From the human T2T-CHM13v2.0 reference genome, Homo sapiens, in assembly GCF_009914755.1 (NCBI RefSeq), contig NC_060930.1: DNA of 64,000 bases; one strand, written 5' to 3'. Below the pieces are notes generated by a model. The model did not search any database and was not told the origin of the DNA. It saw only the letters and a program-made list of their open reading frames with translations. Below are positions 51,909 through 64,000 of this stretch, piece by piece. A program made the position numbers and the translations under genes. Every line of letters starts with the position of its first letter. The stretch's first letter is position 1.

Positions 51909-53904
51909 GCATATTATAGACTTAGGCTAAGCAGTATGTTTAATACAATATGTAATATATGTAGCATACATGTATTTATAAATGTACACGAAATGTCAAA
52001 CTATGACATAAAATATAAACATATCCCTATCATGTTATTTTGATGATAATTTCCTTCTCTCCAAGAAATTAGTGTAACCCTGTACTGGATTTGAGATGTA
52101 TTTGCTCCAGTTCTTGTCTGAATCCTCATTGTATCATCAAGTTCGAGACAATCCATGGCTCTGTTTCTGCACATCAGACTCTTCTGTAGTAGTCAACATT
52201 AGACATATCATTTCTTGGTATAAAAGCTGACATATGAATTACAGATTTTTCTCATTTCTTAGAAATTTTAGAAATTTAAATCATAAATTACATCTTTAAC
52301 ATTCTTTTTAAATTACCCTAGATGTTTTCTGTTTTTAATTACCAATTTTTTAGAAAGTGAAAAACCCTGGAAATATGACCTTGCTTGTGTTTGTAAAAGT
52401 CTGTCAAAGAATGCTTCAAGTGGTCTTTTTACTGTCTCCTAAGGGTTTTGTCATATTCTTGCAATTTTTGCTGAAAATTTCATCATCACAGAATGTTGCA
52501 GTGTTTCTTCATGGAAGCATCATGGTGGTAATTATATATTTATGTGTGCAATCATTTAAAAAATATCTTTTTCAAGTTTTAGGCTGTTAGCTCTATGAGT
52601 ATCTGTTTAGTTTAATACTTTGTCATCTGAAGCCAGTATCAGGCTTGCTGCATAATAGGTTTTCCGTAAATATTTATTGGTAAATATCTGAAAGACATTT
52701 CTGAAGTTGATTTCTTCTTTTCTGGGTTTTATTTGTTTGTTTGTTTGTTTCCCTCCTCCCAAGACCACTTCTGTTTACATGAGACTTTGGTGAAAATCTA
52801 TGGGAGAAACCAAAGCATGGTTAGTTTAAGAGCTATATATTTTTTTCTTCCACTCTACCTGACTTCATCTGGTACATAATAGGAACATAATTAAAGCATG
52901 CATGTGATTCTGAACACAAAGCACATAAAACCATGTAAATCACTTGGTTTTTTAACTTTTTTATGATTGTGATTTATAGTGGTAATGACGAGATTGGGTG
53001 TCAGGAGAGAGTGTTGGATTTGTAATTAGAAAGTGAAACAGATGTTAAAGCCTTCATTTTAAATGATGTTTTCATTATAACAGTCCTCATTGCTCACTGA
53101 TCACCTTCTATTTCACATATTGAAATGCTCACCGAAAATATCTGGGTCTCTAGATAACACCCACCATACGAAGGCTTCACTGCAGTAGAGCACTGAGAAA
53201 TTTTTGATTCATTACTCTTATAAATGGAGATCCCAAAAGACCCCATGTATAAAGTCACAGAAACAGAAACAAATTAAACCATTCTTTTTTTTTTCTTTTT
53301 CTTTTTGGATCCAAAATATTGGGTCTATAATCATGTTTACACACTGAATGTTTTACTCTGTTTTATAGAATTTACCTAGCTTATTATCTTGACCAAAATC
53401 CATTTTTTTTCCCTAGCTGATCAAAGGAGGGAAGAAAGGAAACCTGTATCCCAAATCAACCTAACACCGTTCAAAGATAAACACTGCTAGGGTAAACAAG
53501 TATATCTCAGCACTCTGGGTTTGGTGGTGAAAAACACCATTTGTGCTCTCCCTATGGTGTCCTTTAATCAGAGGATGGGTCACACAGGTTGCTCTGATGG
53601 AGGCTACGAGGTCTTGATGTAAGAGGCCTTTGCTGACACTGACACATGGGCAGTAGAAGGAATGCAACACTGTTGATTTTAGTTCAGTTAGGATTAGCAG
53701 GAGAATGGTGTCATTAAATAGAAAAGGTTATAAAATTAGTAGGGAATATCAGAAATCGCTTTAGGCCTATTGATCTTTTCCTCTGCATCCTTCACGCTGC
53801 CCCCATCCCCACCTTGAATGTGGGGCAGTGCACACGTCTGGCTGAAGTCAGAAAAACCTTGAGTTATTGCTAGTATGTCTAAATGGGGAGATCTGAGAAC
53901 AAAT

Positions 53905-54035
53905 AGATGCCTGTCTTACCATCTAGAATGAATCATGAGGGCAGGGACTATGTCTACTCTGTTTGTCACTACTGCTGCAGTATCTAACACAGCAAATGGT
54001 ACATGGCAGGGGCTCCAATGTTCATTAATTATTAT
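53905..54035 (+). mobile_element. L2 3' end
   Basis: catgagggcagggactatgtct...cagtatctaacacagcaaatggtacatggcagggg. Confidence 0.7.
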
Positions 54036-57000
54036 CACACCATCTAACATTCCAGCAATGTTACTCAACGATAATAATTGTTTGCTGTTGTAATTGTGAG
54101 CATCAAGTCAGGTAGACCCAGACTTTAGGCTCATTCAAAACACTTAAAATCTCTAGAACCAGATTCAGCTGCCTGGTGAATCTGCAGACAAACTTCTTTT
54201 GCCTTGAGGAGGAAACCCTTTTCTGTCTGGTTTCACCAATGGAAATGATTGTCCACATCTGAATGAGCCAGTCTGTTCCTTCTTCACATGGAATGCCCCT
54301 CTTAGGAAGGAATAAACATCAGCTAGTGAACAAATGGAACTGCATATGAGAGAGGAAAGTCAGATAATGAATTACAGAGATGCATTGAACAAATCTGCTT
54401 TGATGTGACATTGAGGTGCTGGTGTCAATAAGATGTTGGTCAACCCCATTTGATAAAGCACATGGAAAGACAAATTTAACTTTCTAGTTTAAGAGCCTGC
54501 ATAAACGTGTTGTGCGCACATACAGGCCTCTTTGATCCGTTAATGGACTCCCTACTAAAACACATTTTCATCCCCAAATAGTTGTTAGTCAAGTTTTTCA
54601 CCTTTTTCTTTACATTCCTTCACAATACCCCTTGACTTCATGAAATCACTCTACATTCTACTTCAAAGAGAGGTGTATGTTTATTAACCTGGTTGTGCAT
54701 AGAAGAAGAATAAAAAGCTTTTAAATGGAGCATTGCAAATTTACAGAGACTACATATCATTGTATAGAAGACTGATTGTGTACAAGAACAGACCTGTAAA
54801 ATCCCATTTGTTTAAAGGCAGGTGCTCTCAATTATAGAAATTTCTCCAGTTCTGTATCTCTCCTTAGGGATGAGTGCTCTTGTTCTGGTGAGGAGACACT
54901 CCAAGTGACATATCCATTTTTAATTAATCAGCACTTAAGGTTTTTAGACAATGAGGCCTTCATTATATTTCTGTTAATGAACTTGAAGGATAAATCTCTA
55001 GTCTATAGGTGACTCAGTGCTATAAACAAAATATTTCATGAAGCCAACCTTGAACTTGAGAACATATCAAGCCTTCTTCAAAGTAGGGTTCCTATCCTGC
55101 TCTCCCCAAGCATTATCACTGCTACTTTGTATTTAGATGTTCTAATTGTAATGTGAGAGCAGAGAATAAGAGTAAAAGACCCAACATATCATGGTGATTG
55201 TTAGAGCATGGTAAAGCCCGAAGTCCTGGCTTCTAAAACCCTGCCTTTGGATTGGCAGGATGCAGGTCCAAAGAGGTAAAGAGTGACTTATTATTGGGTT
55301 CTGAGGAAAAATGTCAGCTTAAATATATATCACCTAGAAGGAAAAAGTAAAATTAAGAGTTATTTATTATTCATGAATTATTTTTTGCTCCTTTTATTCC
55401 TACACTCTCATTTGAATTTTTGAATAATCATGATGATCAGATCTGGACAGGCAGTGTCATTTTTGCATGAGACAATCTGGTGTCTGTCTCGTTCATGTCA
55501 CCTGGTAGATCAGTGCCTCTTAGCAAATGCCTGTGCTGCTGTGCAAGGTACAAGAGTACGTCAGCTGGGCATCTGCAGATGATGGCTCCAGGTGTTAGCC
55601 CATGAAAATTGCTGAAAGTCAATGCAAATGTCAAAGCTCTAGACATTGAGTTGCAAAAGCCATGCAGGCAAGGTCATGTTTTTGGTACTTGTAGCAGGAA
55701 CCGAAGAGAAATTCTGAAAGCACTGCCCACATTGTCCCAGAGGGAGAGTTGACAAAAGTTTGCTCCACTGCAGAAAAACATTCAACACACATAAAATGTC
55801 CACTGTTCCCCGAGGCAAAAAAAAAAAAATAGAGTTTAAAGTATGTGTCTGAAGGAAAACAAAAACTGCCTCTTGTATGTCTGCACGTGGCAGGTAAATG
55901 AGTCTTTTCTAAGCCAAGGACCCTTTGTCTCTTGGCAACTTAGCATTTATTTCTTCACGCTCAGCAACATGAAATTTCCCCCTTCCAAAATTCAAGCCAT
56001 CTGGGCTATTAGCAACATAATCAATCCTAGCTAATAAATCACCTCACCCAATGTTCTTGACAACACAAATTCTGTAGTATGTTAAAACATTATAATAAAT
56101 GACAACATGGTATGATCTATGAGGCCTCTTAGCGCTATCCACTTCACCCAGCTGGGAAAATTATGGCCTTCAAAATCTTAATTTTGAGCACTTATGTTTG
56201 CAGAGCAGACATCTAAAAATGTGTCAGTTTTGTGGGATTTTAAAACCACTTACCCATGGAAGAAGCCCTTGGCTTTTCTTGACAGAAGACATTGTGATCA
56301 AAATGTCTTCTTAATGCTTTCTGTGGCCAAGCAATAAAAGAGTTAATGAAAATCAACAATTTGGATGCTGGTTAATAATGCAAATTGGTTTCTTATAGTA
56401 CCGAGTGAAATGTAATTTTGGCATGGCTTATTTTACATATAGCTCTATTTCTTGGGGTTATGTTTTTACAAATGAGACACACTATTCTTTGCTGTGAGAA
56501 TATATAGTGATTTGCAAATATTAAGCCATTAATGTCTTCAGTCTCCTCAGGGCCAGCAAGTTGGAAGCATTCTATTTCAAAAACTCAGAGTCAATGTACT
56601 AGGACCATGCACAACATGAGGGCACAGTGGCTGCCATGATAAAGTACCTTGTGCAGAATTGTACTCAATGACTCATTATGAATCTTCTTGATTGTTTTTT
56701 TCACCAGGTAACATTTCTTGAGAATCCAACTAACTTATATAATAAAAATAATGTGTGGTGATTCCAAACACCAGAAATGATATCCTAAGTACACTTATAA
56801 AAAGCCCTCAGGAGACTTGTAGATTAACTCTTATCAGTAATAGAGAGGATATGAAATATTTAGAGGGAGATATAAATAGGTACCTGTAAGCCATCACTAG
56901 GCACATAATATTGTAGATGGCCGGAAAATTTGTTTTAGTCCATCTCTGGCTTTTTCCCTGCTGTAGTGACAGTTAGACTGCTAATTGTGCTGTACAGTTT

Positions 57001-58491
57001 TTCTGCATCAAGAAAACATTATTCACAAAAGGGCTAAAGTCCAAGTAGTGTGCAAGACACTGAAATAATGAACTATTTAGGAAAAGAATTTCAAAAATAT
57101 AAAGTATAGGCAGGTGGTAGAGCTGACAGGAAGATGTGCTCTTATGCAAGGCTAGCAGGTATTTACATACTGAAATCAAAGTAGTTTATATGTCATATAT
57201 TATTTATTATCTACTATATACACACACTTAGGGTCATCTACAAATAAAGCCATTCTGACAGTCCAGAGCACTAAAATTCAGTGCGCCAACCTAGAGGATT
57301 TTTTTCTTGAGCGACACACTGTCTAACTTTTAAAATATCTTCAAAGGATGTTTCTCAAAATAGCCCAGCCTGATTCACTCCATCATCCTTCATCACTTGT
57401 CAATCAATAAGTCATCCAATCAATCAATCAATCCATCAAAACTAAGTATTCTCATAAACAACCATTCTAGAGCTTTTTCATTTCATCAACCAGTGAAGTT
57501 TAGGGGGGGAAAATAGGAATTGACATGTTGTTGCAAACATTTTATTTTCCAGATAAGAACTTAAATAACAGAAACTATCAGTACCATATGCTATCACAGT
57601 GTTTAAAAAGAGATATTATATTTTAACATCAAAAAGAAATAAAAATATATTTTAGAACAAGGTATAGCTCTTTTCATAAATAAAGAGCTAGAACCTTCCT
57701 GATATATATGTATATCCATACACACAGAGTTACAAACATACATGCATACATATATGTAATTGTCCTTTTATTTTATTAATTTAAACTACAAATTTTTCTT
57801 TATTTTATCAACATTTGGTAGATTTTGGGCAAAGAGGGAGGCCTTAGCATAACTCCAAACTGGCATAGTCTTTTATATGATCATTGGCAGATAATCTTAG
57901 TAATAGGAAGAATTTCCAGTCATAATTTAATTCTAAAACATTAGCTGAAAGAGAATCTTGGATTTTGATGTAGACATCAATTATTAATTTACTGTCTTTC
58001 AGCTCCAAACCTGCCCGTCTACCCTTTGTGATGCTGATGCTGAGTCTCTGCAAACTGCATTTCTGATTTGCCAGTTTGCTTAGTCAATAGAGGATGATAA
58101 GGGAAGACTGCAAGGCTACAGAAGAAGAAGTAGAAGAAAAAAAAAAAAAACTAGTGCCTTCTTATTGATTCTTTCATGAGTTTAGAGCCTGTTTGCTGAC
58201 TGCCTGCCAGAATATCAGCCTAGCAATGCATTTTCACTGGGAAGTGGTAGCACCTTTTAGTGGAATCCAGTGGGAACTTTCTCCAACATTTGTAAAACCA
58301 ACTTGTTCATACCCTGCAAAGATCTCAGCACTAGCCAACTAGTGCCCTTTCCTCAAAGGTCTAGATCCCAGGCTCATGAAACAATGCTTTCAAGTTTCCA
58401 AATTTTATAAATCCAATCTTTTCTTTTTGTTCCCTTGGCCCTAAGGATGGAAGTTGCTTTCTGCAGTTGCTACCTCAGTGATAATTTAGAG

Positions 58492-59196
58492 CAAGGGTTG
58501 GCAAATGACTAATTTTATTTGTTGACTGGGCTAAGGGATGCCCAGATAGCTGGTAGAACATTACTTCTGGGTGTATCTAGGAAAGTGCTTCCAGAAGAGA
58601 TTAGCATTTGGATCAGTGGGCTGAATAAAGAAGATCTGTTCTCACCAATGTGAATGTCATCCAAACCATTTAGGGCCCAAATAAAGCAAAAAGATAGAGG
58701 AAGGGCAAATTCTCCATCCTTGAACTGGATCATTCAATTTCTCCTGCCCTTGGGAATCTGAGCTCCTGGTTCTTGAATCTTCAGACTGCAGGACTTATAC
58801 CAGTGTTCCCCCTGGTCCTCAGGCCTTTGGACTCAGATTGAATTACACCTCTGCCTTTTCTGGGTCCCCAGCTTGCAGACAGCAGATCATGAGACTTCTT
58901 GGCCTTTATAATCTCATGTTTCAACTCCCATAATAAATTCCAGATCTACATATATCCTATTGGTTCTGTTTATCTGGGGGAATGCTGACTAATACAGCAA
59001 ACTACAGCTTGTAGGCTGAATCTTCCCTGCTGCCTGTGTTTTTGTAAATAAAGACTTATTGGAACACACTCAGGCCCACTTCTTATGTCTGAGGTCGCTG
59101 TTTTCTTGCTTCCATGTGGAACTGAGTAGCATGATGGCTCACAAAACTAAAAGTATTTCTATCTGGCCCTTTGCAGAAAAAATTTCCTGATCTCTA
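58492..59196 (+). mobile_element. MER58A hAT MITE, interrupted by MLT2
   Basis: TIR caagggttggcaaa; tttttgtaaataaagacttattggaacac; tatctggccctttgcagaaaaa; TSD atttagag/actaagag. Confidence 0.85.
58506..58996 (+). mobile_element. MLT2 (B-like) ERVL solo LTR
   Basis: gactgggctaagggatgcccagatagctggta, ccagaagagattagcatttg, tcctattggttctgtt...ctgactaataca; perfect TSD gcaaa (58501-58505 / 58997-59001). Confidence 0.92.
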
Positions 59197-60600
59197 ACTA
59201 AGAGTTCTCTTTTTACGCTTTCAGTTACCTAGTTAAAAACTTCATATCTGGTTAACTGTGTTTTAAAATATTAAATTCTCTTTTCAAATAACCAGGTGAA
59301 GCTTCTGTTTTCACACTGATATAACGTGAAAGATTCACAAATTAACAAAAAATTGACAAATAAGAGAACTGCAAAACACACACTGCGAAAGTGAAAACAA
59401 AGAAAACAATCATAGATGGGAAGGACCTCCCTAAAGAGTCAGCAAATCAACCAGACCCTGGAATTGCCACATTCCCAAGGCTAAAGAAAACAAAATGAAA
59501 CAAAAAGTTTTACACCAGGGAAAAATGATAAATGGTCAAGAGGAACTTTTTAATTGCGTAAACTAAAATCAGGTCAACCTGCAGCAAGAATATTTATGAA
59601 CGAATATCATTGCCATGGAGACAGATACCAAGAACAGATCAAAATTATATCTTTGAACCCAAACTGTATCTCAGGGAAAGAAAGATAACTATAAGTCTAT
59701 TTGGCATTTTCCTTCACTCCGCTCTAATAATTTTCAATAGATCATGTGACATTTGGAAAGGTGGGCTCAAATGACCTCTTCGTACAGTTCTACGTTCCTT
59801 TCTTTACGTGGCACTTGTTTTGGTTATAAAAAAGTATAAAGCTATGTAAGGATGAGAAAAGAAGTATAAGTATCTGCTCATTATTTTTATTCCATCTTTT
59901 GACAGGAACCCGTTAATGATATAACTAGTGGCAATAGAATTGCAGCATGATATTCCATTAGGTAACTTATTTTTGGCTGCTTGTTAAGAAGTGTTGCCTA
60001 ATGCAATGTTGTAAGGACAAAAATCACAGTTTTCCTACCTGGTACATAAGAAATGCTTTCCTGGCTTTCAAATATACTACAGAGAGATCACAGTTTTGAC
60101 TACCATCTCTGGAGATTTTGTTAGCAACATTTCTTTTCATTGGAAATCACTTTTATAAGACATTAAAACTTTATAATATTTGTGGCCTCTAAATCTTAGA
60201 AGAGATGAGCCAGCTAACCTACAGATATTTTCCACCAGAATTGGTAGATGAGTCTTTTATATTTTCTAAGAGGTTATTACTTTACACACACACAAACACA
60301 CTTAACTGAAAACAATTATTCCTCCTTACTCTGATGTTTCTTAATACATGCTTAATGCAAATTGGCAACTGCTTTGTATTTGAAACTTGCCAGCGCCTTC
60401 GATTATGAAAAAAATATACATGTATGATAAGAATCTGCAGTAGAAAAAAAAGTAACAATTGAAGGAAGCTTTGAACATGTCCTTGGTATTCAGACAACTG
60501 AAAAATATCTAATTTAATGATAGTAAATCTGAGCTTCCTGCGAAATCCCAGAGAAAATATTTTTTATGGTATCCTTTCTGCACCAAGGCTGTCTCTATAT

Positions 60601-60787
60601 GAGGGGTTGGCATACGATGGTTGGTGGACCAAATCTGGCCCTCTGCCTGTAAATAAAGTTTTATTGGAACACAGCCAGGCTCATTTGTTTACATACTATC
60701 TATGCTGCTGTCATACTACCGTGGCAGATTTCAAATGCTAAAATATTTACTCCTTTACCCTTTGCAGAAAAAGTTTGCAGAACCCTG
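60601..60787 (+). mobile_element. MER58A hAT MITE
   Basis: TIRs gaggggttggcatac...gtttgcagaaccctg; gtaaataaagttttattggaacacagcc; perfect 8-bp TSD ctctatat. Confidence 0.92.
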
Positions 60788-60929
60788 CTCTATATAAATC
60801 AAGTATTTTTAATTATATTATTTGACCTCTAAATTTTATACTCCCTTCTCTCACTAGTCTTCAAAGAACCAAAAATGGGAACATATAAATGTATGTCTTT
60901 CCAAGTCTCAACATTTCTGCAATGAATGC

Positions 60930-61250
60930 ATTCCCTTTCATTCCATTTCTGATCCTCCTCTCTTGCCGCCTGTCTGGACATCTAAGCATCCTCATTCCCT
61001 CCCTCTCCTTCACCACCCACACTCCTTGATGAACAAGTCTTCTCCATTAAAACTGGCACAACTTCCACTCCTTTTCTAGACGATTGAAATAACCTCCAAT
61101 ACACGCTACTTCCATTCTTTGCTTCTTCAATCCATTTCCCTCATTATAAATAGAGCAATCTTGCCAGAATGCAAATTGAATGTGTCACTCTCTTTATGCA
61201 ACCACTTTATTGTTTTTCATCATCTCTAAGAGTACATCTTAACCTTGTGA
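60930..61250 (+). mobile_element. L2 fragment
   Basis: catcctcattccctccctctccttcaccacccac, cttcaatccatt, agagcaatcttgccagaatgcaaattgaatgtgtcactc. Confidence 0.6.
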
Positions 61251-61279
61251 TCACAGAACATTGGTATGAGGAGAGCTGC

Positions 61280-61951
61280 TGTATGACAGTTTTACACACA
61301 CACACACACACACAATGTGCACACACACACACACACACACACCCCTAACTGAAATAAAAGAACTGGATTTTGAGGTGGTTGTGTTTTGATGAATAAGACG
61401 GGATAGGTTATTGTTCTGCATTCTTTTATGGGATGATCAGTCAGGTGTAGCCACAAGAGGAGACACAGGAGAGGCTCAGGAAAACAAAGTTTATTATCCT
61501 CATCAGTCCTAAAAATAGGAGACATGACACTCCTCACAGACACATGGGGAGGTCTCACTGTGGTCAGGGGACAGAAAGCAGGAGTTCGAAAGGTCTAGGT
61601 GAGAGCCTTTATTGGGGTTTTGGAGAGAAAGAAAAGGCAGGGCAGGGTGAACATCTTAGGACTGGCTAGTTTAAATAATTTTGGTGGGCTCTATGATACG
61701 GGCTGGTCCCTGGTTGCCTGGTACCTGGCACTGGGATGACTGAGGCAGAGAAATATTATCTCCTGGAGCATACTGACCAGAGATATGACTCTGGATTGGT
61801 TAGTTTGAATTATCAAACATAAGCTCCTGGCTGAGCCCTGTGCTGTCTCTAAGGACTGGCTGGCTCAGGGAAAGCAGTCGCTCCCAACCCAGAACAAAAT
61901 TTAAGTATCAAGACATCATAATATAGAGAAAATGAAAATATAAACATTACA
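61280..61951 (-). mobile_element. ERVL LTR of the MER54/MER74/MER76 group
   Basis: ggactggctagtttaaataattttggtgggctct, gtccctggttgcctggtacctggc, gcctttattggggtt, ggattggttagtttg; start approximate. Confidence 0.65.
61294..61342. repeat. Interrupted (CA)n microsatellite
   Basis: Two CA runs separated by atgtg. Confidence 0.95.
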
Positions 61952-62199
61952 ATTATCCTTCTATTTACCTTTTCTCCTTGGGATTCCGACACATTTTTCT
62001 AAAGAAGGAGAGAATGGGATAAAGTTGGAGGAAGTTCACCTGGAATTATGCATGAATCTGGATACATCCACGGAAGAGCGGAACATGTGGAAACATAATG
62101 TTTTTATGAGAATTGGTGATCTGCAGGAGAAGGCATAGAGTCTGAGACTGTAATGATCTGACACCCATGACAACCTTCTCCATGGAATCTCCCATCAAT

Positions 62200-62610
62200 T
62201 CATCACAGAGTCCTTCTGCCTGTGATGATTTACGGTGGTTCCTTGCTGTCCCTTAGACTTTACCACTCTGTACTTGGCCTGCTGCTTCCTCTGCCTGTGA
62301 TGCTCTTCCTCAGCTTGATGGACTCCTATTTATCCTTCAAGATTGGGCTTAGACAACTCGTATTCAAGGGAAGCCTTTTCTGATCTCTCCAGACAGAGTT
62401 ATGCACATCCTTCCCTGTTCTCCCCAAATACCCTGTAGACCCCCACACCCTTCCCTTATAACCTGTGTGCACAATATTTGATTACCATATTGTCTTCCAC
62501 CTAGAGGACCTCAAATGTTTTTTTTTTTCCTTCTTCTTTACATTTATAGTGCCTGGGACTCCACCTGTCATCTAGTGGGTGCCAAATAATTACTTGCTGA
62601 ATGACTGAAT
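62200..62610 (+). mobile_element. L2 3' region
   Basis: gcttcctctgcctgtgatgctcttcc, actcctatttatccttcaag, ggaagccttttctga; ends tgctgaatgactgaat. Confidence 0.75.
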
Positions 62611-64000
62611 CTCTTTTTGCTATTTCAACAAGTCAGAGAAAACATTGATGTTTAACTCCGCTATATCTTCTCCTCCCAAACAGTAAAACAGGGAAGAAGC
62701 TTCACTCACAGCCGAGAGTCACGAGTTGAATTCTATGTCTCTCAAAACATTGAGAGATGAAGAACCTTACTTTAAATAAATAAATTCCCAAATGATGTCA
62801 TTTGATTCTTCAGTAGGAGAAGTGTTTTGGGGCAGCAGCTTTTCTAGTATTATTTGTATTCAACCATGTCCTATGGCAACTGAGAAGTCTCTGTTCTCTA
62901 TTCTGTATGGATAGAGTGACAAATTGAGGAAGATTACTGGAGAATCTATAAGGTTACACAGCCTCATTTATATGAACTCTGAAGAAACAGCAGATGTCAG
63001 ATATAAGCAGAAAGGTTTTTCAAGAATAGTTTGGGAGGCTGTCTAAAATAAAGCACAATGCCTCATTCTTTTTAATCCTGCACCCACAAGGTGCTGAAAA
63101 TATAGTGTTTAAAAAGCAGATAGCCAGTCTCAAGCCAGTATTTTGAACCTATAGGATTTTTAATATTTAACAAGAGGTTTTGTCTCTATGTGTAGTGGTT
63201 AAATCAATCAATTAATAGTGAAAATTTCACACAACCAGCTTCCACACATCTTTTTTTTTTTAAACTGGATCGACTAGCTATGTTATTCTCATGAAATCAT
63301 AGGGTTTAATGAGAACTTATGACCTAGTAACAATGAAATAGCAGATTTTCACCTTGTAGTTACTGTCTAAAAAAAGAAATTGAGGGAGTCCATTATGGGA
63401 GCAGTTTAAGAGTTTTGCCATGAATTTATTGAGTCTGATTATGAATTGTGAGTGAGAAATTGGTTTCTGGGTTTTCAACAATGGAAATAATTAAACTTGA
63501 TCAGTGACAAGAAACCAGTGAAACTGGCAACTTTAATGGGGCTATTTTGTCCTCAAAAGTTTTCCTGAAAACATAGGGTAATGCCATTAGTGCTGAATTT
63601 GCCCACCTGTAACAAAAATTTTTTCCTTAGGGCAGAGTAGACGTGAATGGAAACCACACTGTGATGAAGAAAGAGTCTGAGGTGATTTATGTGTGTGGTT
63701 TGGCTTGAAAGTGGGTGGCAAAGGTAAAGAAAAAAAATTAATGACCTTTCCAGGGCTCTTTTTCCCCCTCTAATTCTATGGAAAGAGCTGTGTTCCATGA
63801 AACTGGAGTGATAAAATAAGGGCTAAAGGAAACTATAACAGGGATTATTATTTATATGTTTTCATAGACATGGACAACGAATGTGAGATACAGTGGCATG
63901 ATTTTCACTGGAATAATATGTATCACTTATACGTGTGTATGTATTGAAAGTTGGATGGAGAAGAATAGGGTAAAGAAAGTCAAATTATAGGAACAATTGC

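Larger units (their letters stand above)
57969..59323 (+). mobile_element. LTR41-type ERVL solo LTR, interrupted at 58492-59204
   Basis: ttaatttactgtctttcagctccaaacc, ctctgcaaactgcatttct, ctgcagttgctacctc; resumes as ttcagttacctagttaa...attaaattctcttttcaaataacc...ctgatata. Confidence 0.75.

Overview
This is AT-rich, CpG-depleted primate (catarrhine/hominoid-like) nuclear DNA, intergenic or deep-intronic. I recognise no protein-coding exon, RNA gene, CRISPR array or prokaryotic feature, and I cannot name the locus. Much of the window is decayed interspersed repeat: seven Alus, MIRs, L2, L3/CR1, L1M/L1MB, MaLR LTRs (MLT1, MSTA, THE1), ERV LTRs (MER31, LTR41, MLT2, MER54/76-like) and hAT MITEs (MER5, MER58). 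All family calls come from recalled consensus sequences, not a search. The most notable items are: (i) a 1.16-kb single reading frame with only one internal stop (15312-16475) behind a CArG/CCAAT/GC-box cluster; (ii) a 36/37-bp inverted duplication inside a GA tract (21974-22115); (iii) an AluY with retained CpGs but many non-CpG changes; (iv) a triple nested insertion LTR41>MER58A>MLT2; (v) a near-complete MLT1 provirus; (vi) candidate + strand microexons and splice signals. I found no convincing new biological system, and the functional ideas are hypotheses.
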